From contig OZ244744.1 in assembly GCA_965219455.1 (NCBI GenBank), forward strand, positions 448,001 to 512,000: a stretch of 64,000 bases of DNA, read 5' to 3'. The position numbers and the translations under genes were made by a program. Below are positions 38,446 through 47,889 of the stretch, piece by piece. The DNA is from Candidatus Latescibacterota bacterium (lineage in GTDB: Bacteria; Latescibacterota; UBA2968; GCA-2709665). The notes beneath the pieces were generated by a model. It ran no database searches and was not told the DNA's origin. It saw only the letters and a program-made list of their open reading frames with translations. Every line of letters begins with the position of its first letter. Within the stretch, counting starts at the first letter, position 1.

Positions 38446-39282
38446 TCATCCCGTGGCAAGGCCCTCGAGTATTCCCTTCAGGTAGCCTATGCTGCGTGCG
38501 GCAATCGTCTCCGGGTCCGGTTCGAAATCGAACACTTCTACAGATACATATCCGTTGTAACGCAGATCCTGGAGCGCTTTCAGGATGGGCGTAAATTGAA
38601 GCTCGCCAAATCCGGGTCCGCGCAGGTTCGGGTCGTTTACATGCACGTGCCGCATGGCTTTTCCGGCCTGGACGATGACCTCGGAATGGGATCTGACCTC
38701 CGTGGCCGCGGCCCGACAGTCCACCATCGTCTGAAAATTCGGATGCCCCACCGCTTCAACCAGCTCCAATGCTTCGGCCACACCGGTCACGAAATTGGTC
38801 TCCTGATCCGTAAGCGGCTCGATGCAATACGTTACGCCCCGATCGGCCATGAGGTCCAAGCACCCCGCGAAGAGTTCCACTGCCCGGGCAAAACAGTCGT
38901 CAGTATTCCATCCCTCTTGAATATTCCGCTGTTGCGGCGAGCCGTGAATCATCACGCTTCCCCCGAGGTCGCCGCAGAAATCAATCAGCGCCTTCACGTA
39001 ATCCTGCGTGCGTTGCCAGACCTGCCGGTCCGGATGGTTGATGTATAACCCGGCGGGTGTTACCAGCAACCAGTGCAGCCCGACGATCTCCACGCCCGCC
39101 GCTTCAGCCGCCCGGCGAATGTCTCGTCGGCTTCCGGATGAAATGCCCTGGACCGACTCCGCCAGTGTGAATGGCGCAATCTCCACCCCGTCGCATCCGA
39201 TTTGCGCGGCATAGTCGAACACCCGCCCGATCTCCCAACCTTCAAAGAACTCATTGCAGACCGCAAGCTTCATAGCCGACAC
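38446..39282 (-). CDS. Sugar phosphate isomerase/epimerase (xylose isomerase-like TIM barrel)
   Basis: GVEIAPFTL, GLHWLL, IEPL...ETN, HVHVNDPN..GPG.G and SVEVFD. Confidence 0.85.
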   Translation of the reverse strand: MSAMKLAVCNEFFEGWEIGRVFDYAAQIGCDGVEIAPFTLAESVQGISSGSRRDIRRAAEAAGVEIVGLHWLLVTPAGLYINHPDRQVWQRTQDYVKALIDFCGDLGGSVMIHGSPQQRNIQEGWNTDDCFARAVELFAGCLDLMADRGVTYCIEPLTDQETNFVTGVAEALELVEAVGHPNFQTMVDCRAAATEVRSHSEVIVQAGKAMRHVHVNDPNLRGPGFGELQFTPILKALQDLRYNGYVSVEVFDFEPDPETIAARSIGYLKGILEGLATG

Positions 39283-39501
39283 CTCCAGGCGTCCAACCGG
39301 AACTTCAACCGATTATCGGCCGCCGTGATTTAACGCTGCAATCGGACCCTCCCGGCCTCGCACCGTGACGACACGCATCGCCAATCGAAATCGGCTATTG
39401 CAAGTGGAGATTCGGGCAACCGAACCGTTCCGGCACACAAGGTAGCAAACGGGTTTCGCGGCCCGGTCGGATACCGCACCGGCTCCCTGTTGACAAAACC
39501 C

Positions 39502-39530
39502 TTGACAGGAGCCCCGATTTTCTCTAACAT
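39502..39530 (+). promoter_or_regulatory. Sigma70 promoter for the ABC ATPase
   Basis: TTGACA-N17-TAACAT, with a second TTGACA at 39490. Confidence 0.6.
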
Positions 39531-39578
39531 AAGCGAGCTATCTTCAAAATCCAAGAAAAACGTTCAGGAGAAGCCACT

Positions 39579-40367
39579 ATGGCGTCGGCGCCCGATGCCG
39601 GATCCGCAGATCCCGCAAATGAAGATCACATCATCGAGGTGCATGACGTCTGGAAAACCTATACAATGGGAGACCAGGAGGTCCATGCGCTACGCGGCGT
39701 CTCTCTGAACGTCATCCGAGGAGAATACCTCTCCATCATGGGCCCTTCCGGCTCCGGAAAAACAACGCTTTTCAACATGGTTGGCGCCCTGGATCGCCCC
39801 ACCAAGGGTACGGTCGTGGTCAACGCGATTGAAATGGGCACCCTGAGCCAGGCGCAAATTGCCTACCTGCGCTGCCACAATATCGGTTATATCTTCCAGA
39901 GTTTCAACCTGATACCCGTAATGACCGCCCTGGATAACGTCGCGCTGCCCATGGTTTTTTCGGGAATGAAGAAAACAGAATACGAAGAAAAGGCAGCTCT
40001 CAAACTCTCAATGGTGGGTCTTGGTGAACGCCTTCACCACAACCCGTACGAACTCTCGGGAGGCCAGCAGCAACGTGTGGCCATCGCACGCGCCATCGCC
40101 AACGACCCCGACCTGGTTCTGGCAGATGAACCCACGGGCAACCTCGACCTCAAAACCGGCCAGGAAATCATCGAGTTGCTGCAAAGACTCCAGTCGGAAA
40201 GTGGCGTTACCATCGTCACCAACACACATGACCACAAGATGCTGGTCGCATCCGACCGCGTTGTGGACTTGCGCGACGGACAGGTGGAACTGGTGCGGAG
40301 GCGGGACGAAATCGACATTCAGGAAGGCCGGATCGAAGGGCTGGATATCGAAGAACTGAGCAACTGA
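39579..40367 (+). CDS. ABC transporter ATP-binding protein, MacB/LolD type
   Basis: GPSGSGKTT, FQSFNL, LSGGQQQRVAIARA and ADEPTGNLD. Confidence 0.93.
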   Translation: MASAPDAGSADPANEDHIIEVHDVWKTYTMGDQEVHALRGVSLNVIRGEYLSIMGPSGSGKTTLFNMVGALDRPTKGTVVVNAIEMGTLSQAQIAYLRCHNIGYIFQSFNLIPVMTALDNVALPMVFSGMKKTEYEEKAALKLSMVGLGERLHHNPYELSGGQQQRVAIARAIANDPDLVLADEPTGNLDLKTGQEIIELLQRLQSESGVTIVTNTHDHKMLVASDRVVDLRDGQVELVRRRDEIDIQEGRIEGLDIEELSN

Positions 40368-40502
40368 TCCGTGACATCGAACACCACAGGAATAGGCGTC
40401 CGTCAGAACGACGAACGCCTATTCCTTTACCCGGTGTTTTGGATGCGTGTCCTGCCGCGGGTTCGGGAGTCATCCCGCCACCAGATTGACGGAGGGCCGT
40501 TC

Positions 40503-40562
40503 GTGTCCCGTCCCCGAAATATGTCACCATTCAGGCAATCTATTTCCGGGACAGAACACTAG
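40503..40562. mobile_element. Short (about 60 bp) MITE-like element, IS630-like ends
   Basis: GTGTCCCGTCCCCGAAATA...TATTTCCGGGACAGAACACTAG; nearly identical to 50524-50585 and to the ends of 61636-61796. Confidence 0.75.
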
Positions 40563-40741
40563 CGCTTTTCCTTTTTATGAAGCAAATCGTAATAACCGTT
40601 CTGCTCCAGTCGGCGGATCATATCGCGAATGATCGCGGGGTCGACGCGAAACATCTCCGCAATCTGTGCGGGCGTCCGGCCGTCTTGAACCCATTCAATC
40701 AGGCGATCGCGACTCACGATGTATTCGGGAACAGCCATCAT
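40559..40741 (-). CDS. Small helix-turn-helix-like protein (60 aa)
   Basis: GGAGGG ribosome-binding site; GRTPAQIAEMFRVDPAIIRDMIRRLEQNG resembles an HTH. Confidence 0.6.
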   Translation of the reverse strand: MMAVPEYIVSRDRLIEWVQDGRTPAQIAEMFRVDPAIIRDMIRRLEQNGYYDLLHKKEKR

Positions 40742-40871
40742 TGCCCTCCGGGCCCGGAAAATCGCTTCGTCCCCCGGATAAAACCGGCGCCCGCCGCATC
40801 ATTGAGGGTTACCGCGGGCCTTGTTGCCGGGGAAGATGGAAGGTAGACCGGATATTCTTGCACTGAAAAAG

Positions 40872-40947
<76 letters not shown>

Positions 40948-40995
40948 TCCATTCCACGGGAGAACGCAACATTCCCGTTGTGCGACAAGCGCGGA

Positions 40996-41024
40996 AATCT
41001 AACAAAACCTCCTGCGGATGTCAA
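40996..41024 (-). promoter_or_regulatory. Sigma70 promoter for tRNA-Phe
   Basis: Minus strand TTGACA-N17-TAGATT. Confidence 0.65.
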
Positions 41025-41114
41025 GACTCTCGCGCAGAGAACAACACGGATCACGCGGACTGAACGCCTTTTATCCGCGGAAACCGCCCGACCTCTTCTT
41101 CCGAACTCCGAGCC

Positions 41115-43121
41115 ATGGCCAGTCCCCAAAGAAACGTAAAGTCCGGCAAAACGGACGAAGTCCCCACCGAAGGGTCCCGAGGCGTCACGGTCCGATCCGT
41201 CGTTTCGGGCCTGGTCCTGGTCGTCGGTCTGGACGCCCTGGCGATCCACCTGCGGTACGTCGTGCATGGCTCGTTAATGACCTACAGCCATGTCCCGATG
41301 GCCTTGCTCATTGGGTTTACGCTGATGATCCTCATCGGCGCGCTGATCGTACGTTTTTCCGGATGGAAGCTCTCACCGGCGGAATGGCATACCATCCTGG
41401 CCATGGGCGTTGTCGGCGCCGCCATACCCGGCTTCGGCATCAGCGGATACCTGATCGGTTACATCGCAACCCCCTATTATTTCGCCACCGAAGTCAACGA
41501 ATGGACCACTTACCTGCATCCTTATATGAATCCGTGGCTTATCCCCACGGACGAAAACAAAGCGGTCACCTGGTTCTTCGAGGGAATCCCCAGGGGCGCG
41601 CCGATTCCCTGGGGCGCATGGGTCCTTCCGCTGCTATGGTGGACCACGTTCATCGTGGCCGCATTTGTCGTTTTGGCCTGTGTCGCCGTCGTTTTTCGCA
41701 AACAATGGGTACAAAACGAGCGACTGGCTTTTCCCGCTATGGCGCCCCTGATCAACATGGCGGAGAATCCGGGCAGAGGTAAATTCGCGCTGCCGGATTT
41801 CACCAGGAATTACCTGTTCTGGATCGGGTTCGGACTGGCCTTCGGGATGATCGCGTGGAACTGCATCAACTACTTCCTGCCCGGCTTTCCGCGGTTTCCC
41901 ATCTACCGTGGAAGTTGGTACTGGATCGACAGGCAGCATCCGCCAGTGTTTCGTTTCCTGGGACTCTTCACCATCTTTTTTTCTTATTTCGCCAGCCTGG
42001 ACGTACTCTTCAGCATCTGGTTTTTTGACCTGTTGTTTATCTTCGAAGGCGGCTGGCTGCACCGGCGGGGATTTACGGCCATATCCCCCTACTATTATCG
42101 CGGCGTCTACTATTGGCAGACCAAGGGCGCATTCGTGGTTCTGACGGCCTCGGTTTTCTGGGTTGCCAGACGGCACATAAGGGATGTGATCCGCAAAGCC
42201 TGGCGCAAGAGCGATCCCCTGGACGACCGGGACGAACCGCTCTCCTATCGGACGGCTGTTATCGCCATGCTCGTGGGCCTGGCCTACATGTTGCTCTGGC
42301 TCACGCGCATCGGCTTTGATCCACTGCTGGCCGCCCTCCTCCTACCGGCGGTGATCTTTACCTACGTTGGCATGGCCAAGATTCTCGCCGAAACCGGCAT
42401 GCCTTACACGAACGTCCCCGCCGGCCCCTGGGGCCTCGTGGCGCCCTTTCTCGAGGGACCCACAGTCAACGCAAGCACACGAGTCGCCCTCCGGTTCGCC
42501 TCCAGGATTACTTCCCATTTCAAGGGTCTCTTCCTGCCCGCGCTTGCCCACGCGGGGCGCGTGGCGGAAGGCGTTCGGGGCGACCGCAGGAAGCTCATGC
42601 TGGCCGTCGGGATGGCCTTTGTGACCAGCTACGGCGTGAGCGTATTGCTCACGATCCACATGGGATACCGCGACGGTGCATACAACTTCAACTCATGGGA
42701 GATCGTACGCGCGGGGCCCAAACATTTCGAAGGCACCGCGACTTCCGTCAAGAACCTCCTCGCAAAAAAGCCGAATCCGCCCGTTTACCGTGAGCACCCT
42801 GAACAGGTCGTGTTTTTCGGCCTGGGCGGCCTGGTCACGCTCCTGCTCATTTACTTGCGACATCGATTCGTCTGGTGGCCGCTACATCCCGTTGGAATGG
42901 CAATCTCCGGCTCCTATCTTGCCCGCCGGACCGGCATGACCATCCTTCTTGCCTGGCTCGTCAAATTGGTGATGCTCAAAGTGGGGGGGCCTTCGTTTTT
43001 CAGAAAGTCACGCCCCCTCTTCATCGGCCTGCTCACCGGCTATGTATTGGGAGTTGCCCTCTCCGCTTTCATCGACATCCTGTGGTTCCCCGAGCGCGGC
43101 CACAGCGTTCATCGATATTAA
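41115..43121 (+). CDS. Large polytopic membrane protein, DUF6785/DUF6784-like (OPT-related)
   Basis: More than 14 hydrophobic segments; PYYFAT..N.W, IPWGAW..PL..W, RKQW..NERL.FP, WWPLHPVG and C-terminal F.GL..G. Family recalled from memory. Confidence 0.7.
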   Translation: MASPQRNVKSGKTDEVPTEGSRGVTVRSVVSGLVLVVGLDALAIHLRYVVHGSLMTYSHVPMALLIGFTLMILIGALIVRFSGWKLSPAEWHTILAMGVVGAAIPGFGISGYLIGYIATPYYFATEVNEWTTYLHPYMNPWLIPTDENKAVTWFFEGIPRGAPIPWGAWVLPLLWWTTFIVAAFVVLACVAVVFRKQWVQNERLAFPAMAPLINMAENPGRGKFALPDFTRNYLFWIGFGLAFGMIAWNCINYFLPGFPRFPIYRGSWYWIDRQHPPVFRFLGLFTIFFSYFASLDVLFSIWFFDLLFIFEGGWLHRRGFTAISPYYYRGVYYWQTKGAFVVLTASVFWVARRHIRDVIRKAWRKSDPLDDRDEPLSYRTAVIAMLVGLAYMLLWLTRIGFDPLLAALLLPAVIFTYVGMAKILAETGMPYTNVPAGPWGLVAPFLEGPTVNASTRVALRFASRITSHFKGLFLPALAHAGRVAEGVRGDRRKLMLAVGMAFVTSYGVSVLLTIHMGYRDGAYNFNSWEIVRAGPKHFEGTATSVKNLLAKKPNPPVYREHPEQVVFFGLGGLVTLLLIYLRHRFVWWPLHPVGMAISGSYLARRTGMTILLAWLVKLVMLKVGGPSFFRKSRPLFIGLLTGYVLGVALSAFIDILWFPERGHSVHRY

Positions 43122-43226
43122 TCTGCGCGCACGCGAGGCCTTCGCCGAACGGCGCACGCAGCGTGTGTCTTTGTGGCAACACAGCCCATCAATCGCAGTC
43201 TTACAGGAGCTTTTGCGTATTTTCCA

Positions 43227-46200
43227 ATGAAAAGCCGCCGTATCTTACCCTTCGTGGCGCTCTTGCTCACCGCCGCCGCCTTTATCGGCCTGGCGGTGGG
43301 CCCGGAACGCATCAACCCGCTTCTTTCCTCCCTGTTGGGTCTGCAGGCGCCCCGACCCACGCCGTCCATGCCGGTCCCGGGAGCCAGCGAAACATCGGTC
43401 CGCGTCCTGGATACCGTCTCGCATGACGGCGTGCGGGCCCACATGGCCCGCTTTACGGGACACGGCTCACGAATACCGGGATATCCCGGCCACAACGCCG
43501 CCGCAGACTATATCCGCCAAGCTTTCGAACGCGCCGGACTCCAGGACGTCCGCGCCGAGCCCTTCAACGTTACCGCCCCAATCGACAAAGGCGGCAAACT
43601 GACCCTCTTGCGCGACAAAACCACGTTTCCCATTCACGCCATCTGGCCGAACCTGGTCAAGACGTCCACGCTGCCGCGGGGAGGGGTTCGCACGCGCCTG
43701 ATCTACGGGGCGAACGGCGAATTTTCCGACTTCAACGGTCACGCGCTCGACGGTGCGGCCGTCCTGATGGAATTCAACACCCGCAACAGCTGGCTCAACG
43801 CGGCCACCCTCGGGGCGGGACAAATCATTTTCATTGAACCGGACTCCACCTTTTACACCGAAGCCGAACAGAAATTCCTGCAGGTGCCCAACAGCGTTGA
43901 ACGCTTCTGGATCGACAAACAGTCCGGGCAGGCCCTCAAGCGGTTGCTGGCACAGTACAGCGAACTGCAAATCGAACTGACCGCGAGAATGGATTGGGAG
44001 AGCCACACCGCCCACAATATTCTAGGCTTTCTGCCGGGCACGGATCCGGATCTTCGGGACCAGATCGTCGTGATCAACGCGTACTACGACGCCATGTCCG
44101 TTGTACCTGCCCTCGCCCCGGGCGCTGAGATGGCCAGCGGCGCCGTCGCACTGCTAGAACTGGTCAACTACTTCCAGCGATATCCGACGGGGCGCACGGT
44201 GCTTTTTCTGGCCACGTCCGCCCACCACCTGGGCTTTCGCGGGATCTGCGATTTTCTGGGCCGCCACGCCCGTAAGGAACGACACTTTGCCGCCCTGATG
44301 ACCGATCCCATAGACATTCGGCTCTTCATCGGACTGGACCTCTCCAGCCAGACCTCTCAGATCGGAGTCTGGAACAGCACGCGCAACTTCTATTACAATC
44401 GGTTCTTCACGCCGTTCGGCAAGAAATTCGTCAGGATCTCCAAAGCCATCGCGCCCGGCTTCGGGCTCGATCCCGAGCATGCGCTGCTGGACGGCATCAA
44501 TCCCACGGGCGGAATGACCTGGGACATGTATATTCCCGGCGCCAACCTGAAGACCGATGGCGAAGTGGTTCTCGAAGCAGGCACGCTCGCCCTGTCTCTG
44601 GTCACGTTGAACGATGCCCGTTTTCGCGTCGATACGCCGCTGGACCGACCGGATAGGGTCAACCTTGAAAACCTCACCAGACAAATCCGCCTGATCACCG
44701 GCGTTCTCGACATTGCCCTGAACGACCCCTCGCTTATCCCTGATTACCGACTCAACCCGGACGACCGCATGCGCGGCCTTAAGGGATTCGTGCGGACCTA
44801 TCCCAGGCGCAGCATCGTACCCGACCGCCCCAAAGCCGGCGCAATCGCCGCGCTTCGCATGGGCATCGACAAATCGGTCAAGGGCGTACGCCGCATCTAT
44901 TACGACCTCGCAGACGAAAACGGCGAATTCTACATGCCCGGTATCGCCGAAAGGCGCGTGTCCGTCAGCGCGTACTACCAGGATCGGGACACCGGCGAAA
45001 TCACCTACGCCCCCAACTTTGGACAACAGGCGCGCATCTACCGGGGCGACTTCGATATGGACTGGTGGATCTCCAAGCGAAATCTCATTTTATTCCCCTG
45101 CGTCACCACGGACTTTTACGATACCGTCGATCCACGATACCTCACCAAACTCTCGCAGATCAGTGTTTACGGAAGCGGCAACGTCACGCCGCAGGAATAC
45201 GGTTACGCCATCGGATTCGGTCCGACGGAACCCGTAGGCACGCTGTTCACCCAACCCGGCGAGAGGGTCAAAATCGCCATGCGCTCGGGCGACGTCACCG
45301 CAGGTTCAGGCGACATCGGCATCCGGTACCTGCTGCTGAACGCCAACAGCGCGGAGAGTGAGGAAATTGCCCGTGGCCGGGGGTATCCCACCTTCACCCA
45401 CGGTTCGTTTCCACGCACATCCTTTCGGGCCGCCCGGGACATGTGGTTCCTGAACGAAGCCCGCAAACGGGAGATGAAGAAATACGCCATTGAAAACCAG
45501 CGCCTGGACTTCCTCCACAGCCAGGCCAGGCACCACCTCAACATGGCTGAGGAAGCGATGTCCGCAAAACGCTGGGATGGCTTTATGAAACACACGCGGG
45601 CGGCGCTCGGCATCGAGTCCCGCGCCTATCCGGACGTCAAAGACACACAGAACGACGTGGTCCGCGGCATCATTTTCTTTATGGCCCTGGTTATCCCCTG
45701 CGCGTTTTTTGCCGAACGCCTTATCTTCACCGCCGTGGATATCCGGAGACAAATCGTCGGATTTGCGGGCATATTTTTCGTCATCTGGCTCTTTCTTTCA
45801 AGAGTACATCCGGCATTCGAAATCTCCAATCCGTTGGTCGTCCTGCTCGCCTTCATAATTCTGGCGCTTGCGGCATTTGTCATTACGCTGGTCTTCAAGC
45901 GCTTCAACGAGAACATGCGGCGGCTGCGCGTCCCGGAAGTACTTCTGCACGAAACCGACGTCGGCCGAATATCTGCATCGATGGCGGCCTTCCAGCTAGG
46001 TATAGCGAACATGAAACGACGCAAACTGCGCACGGTACTTACGTTTACCACGCTGTTGCTGCTCACCTTCACCGTTCTCTCGTTCACATCCATCAAGTCG
46101 GTCATGGAATATCCCCGGATTCCGAAAGGCACCGAGGGCGCCTATCCGGGCATGCTCATCCGCAGCAAATTCTGGGGCGCGCTCGAAGACGTCGTTTATG

Positions 46201-47762
46201 ATTACGCCTTCACGCAATTCGGGGAATCCGCCATAACCGCCCCTCGGAGCTGGTACTACACGCGGGAAAAGAAGATCATTCCCGTGAAGTCCGAGACCCA
46301 TTCGACCCACGCTCTGGGCGTCCTGGGAATGACGCCCCAGGAGGCTGACGTTACCGGCGTCCACCTCACCCTCAAGACCGGCCGCTGGTTCCGTCCGGGC
46401 GAGACCGCCTGCATCCTGTCCCAAAAGATGGCGGACCTTCTCGGCGTTGACCCGGGACGCCTGGGGGCGTCTCGCATCCGGATTTTCGGCGAATCCCTTC
46501 CGGTTATCGCCCTGATCGACGCCGAGGCATTCAATGGGCTTAAAGACCTGGATGGGGAAACCCTCAGTCCCGCGGATTTCAAGCTCACCGACGAGGAAGC
46601 CATCGCCCAGATGACGACCCAGGAAACACGGGAAAAACAGGGCCTCGAACAACCGGAAGTTGAAATCATGCCCTTTGAACACATCAACCCGGACGATATC
46701 CTGATTGTGCCCTACCAATTCCTGCGCCAGGTAGGAAGCCCGCTGCAATCGGTTGCGCTGCGTTTTGACGCTGGGGCAAACGTGGAGGCCCACGTCAAGG
46801 AACTCCTCACCAGACTCTCGGTGGTGCTCTTTGCAGGATTGCCGGGCGCGGACGGGCGTATCAACGTCTCCGTCTTCAGTTCGCTCGGCGACACGTCGAT
46901 CCGCGGGTTGAGCAACCTCTTTATCCCCATTCTCATTGCATCCCTTATCGTGCTGAACACCATGATGGGATCGGTTTACGAACGTTTCCGTGAAATCGGC
47001 GTCTATTCCGCGGTGGGCCTGGCTCCGGTCCACGTTGCCTTTCTTTTTATTGCCGAAGCGTGCGTCTACGCGGTCCTCGGCACGGTGAGCGGCTACCTGA
47101 TGGGCCAGGGCGTTGCCAAGTTGCTGCTGTGGCAGGACTGGCTCTCCGGCATCTCGCTGAACTACTCCGCCCGCTCCGCGGTTGCCGCGTCTATCCTGGT
47201 CATGGCCGTTGTGATCCTGTCAACCATCTATCCGGCGCGCCAGGCCTCTCGGATGGCCGTGCCGGACGTGTCCCGTCGGTGGAAAATCCCCGAGCCGGAA
47301 GGCGACGACTGGCGGTTCGAATTCCCCTTTACAGTTGGCGGCAATGACGTGTTCGGACTCTGCGTCTTTCTCACGGACTACTTCCAGTCCCACAGCGGCG
47401 AAGCTATTGGGGCATTTTACACGGACGGAGCCGACTTATACAGGATCGGAAACGCGAACGACCCGGAGGGGTACGCCATCCACACAACCCTTTGGCTGGC
47501 TCCCTTCGATCTGGGTGTGAGCCAGGAGCTTCGTTTCGAGGCGGAAGCTACCGGCGAATTCAACATCTACACCCTGACGCTCTCACTCAGGCGCCTCTCC
47601 GGTGAAGTCGCGTCGTGGCGCCGGGTCAACCAGGGGTTCATGAACACCCTGCGCAAACAGTTTCTCATATGGCGTACCGTCGGTCCCGACGACAAAGCGG
47701 CTTACCGCGAAAAAGGCTTGCGGATGCTGACCTCCGGCGAACAGGCGGCGAAACCCGCATAA
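43227..47762 (+). CDS. About 1510-aa membrane protein: extracytoplasmic M28-peptidase-like domain fused to FtsX/MacB-like permease
   Basis: N-terminal transmembrane helix; SRIPGYPGH..AADYI, NILGFLPG.D...IVVINAYYD and RTVLFLAT; central TM bundle with RRKLRT.LT; NTMMGSVYERFREIGVYSAVGL and TIYPARQAS (FtsX). Confidence 0.85.
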   Translation: MKSRRILPFVALLLTAAAFIGLAVGPERINPLLSSLLGLQAPRPTPSMPVPGASETSVRVLDTVSHDGVRAHMARFTGHGSRIPGYPGHNAAADYIRQAFERAGLQDVRAEPFNVTAPIDKGGKLTLLRDKTTFPIHAIWPNLVKTSTLPRGGVRTRLIYGANGEFSDFNGHALDGAAVLMEFNTRNSWLNAATLGAGQIIFIEPDSTFYTEAEQKFLQVPNSVERFWIDKQSGQALKRLLAQYSELQIELTARMDWESHTAHNILGFLPGTDPDLRDQIVVINAYYDAMSVVPALAPGAEMASGAVALLELVNYFQRYPTGRTVLFLATSAHHLGFRGICDFLGRHARKERHFAALMTDPIDIRLFIGLDLSSQTSQIGVWNSTRNFYYNRFFTPFGKKFVRISKAIAPGFGLDPEHALLDGINPTGGMTWDMYIPGANLKTDGEVVLEAGTLALSLVTLNDARFRVDTPLDRPDRVNLENLTRQIRLITGVLDIALNDPSLIPDYRLNPDDRMRGLKGFVRTYPRRSIVPDRPKAGAIAALRMGIDKSVKGVRRIYYDLADENGEFYMPGIAERRVSVSAYYQDRDTGEITYAPNFGQQARIYRGDFDMDWWISKRNLILFPCVTTDFYDTVDPRYLTKLSQISVYGSGNVTPQEYGYAIGFGPTEPVGTLFTQPGERVKIAMRSGDVTAGSGDIGIRYLLLNANSAESEEIARGRGYPTFTHGSFPRTSFRAARDMWFLNEARKREMKKYAIENQRLDFLHSQARHHLNMAEEAMSAKRWDGFMKHTRAALGIESRAYPDVKDTQNDVVRGIIFFMALVIPCAFFAERLIFTAVDIRRQIVGFAGIFFVIWLFLSRVHPAFEISNPLVVLLAFIILALAAFVITLVFKRFNENMRRLRVPEVLLHETDVGRISASMAAFQLGIANMKRRKLRTVLTFTTLLLLTFTVLSFTSIKSVMEYPRIPKGTEGAYPGMLIRSKFWGALEDVVYDYAFTQFGESAITAPRSWYYTREKKIIPVKSETHSTHALGVLGMTPQEADVTGVHLTLKTGRWFRPGETACILSQKMADLLGVDPGRLGASRIRIFGESLPVIALIDAEAFNGLKDLDGETLSPADFKLTDEEAIAQMTTQETREKQGLEQPEVEIMPFEHINPDDILIVPYQFLRQVGSPLQSVALRFDAGANVEAHVKELLTRLSVVLFAGLPGADGRINVSVFSSLGDTSIRGLSNLFIPILIASLIVLNTMMGSVYERFREIGVYSAVGLAPVHVAFLFIAEACVYAVLGTVSGYLMGQGVAKLLLWQDWLSGISLNYSARSAVAASILVMAVVILSTIYPARQASRMAVPDVSRRWKIPEPEGDDWRFEFPFTVGGNDVFGLCVFLTDYFQSHSGEAIGAFYTDGADLYRIGNANDPEGYAIHTTLWLAPFDLGVSQELRFEAEATGEFNIYTLTLSLRRLSGEVASWRRVNQGFMNTLRKQFLIWRTVGPDDKAAYREKGLRMLTSGEQAAKPA

Positions 47763-47825
47763 GTAGAGACCCGCCCCGGATCGGGCAACTTCGGGTTTTC
47801 CGAATGCGCAAACAGGAAATTGTCT

Positions 47826-47853
47826 TTGCAAATCCGGCCGTTGTATGTATAAT
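47826..47853 (+). promoter_or_regulatory. Putative promoter of the OPT-like gene
   Basis: TTGCAA-N16-TATAAT. Confidence 0.5.
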
Positions 47854-47889
47854 TCCGGCCCGTCAACCCTCACATCTCGATAGAGTTCC

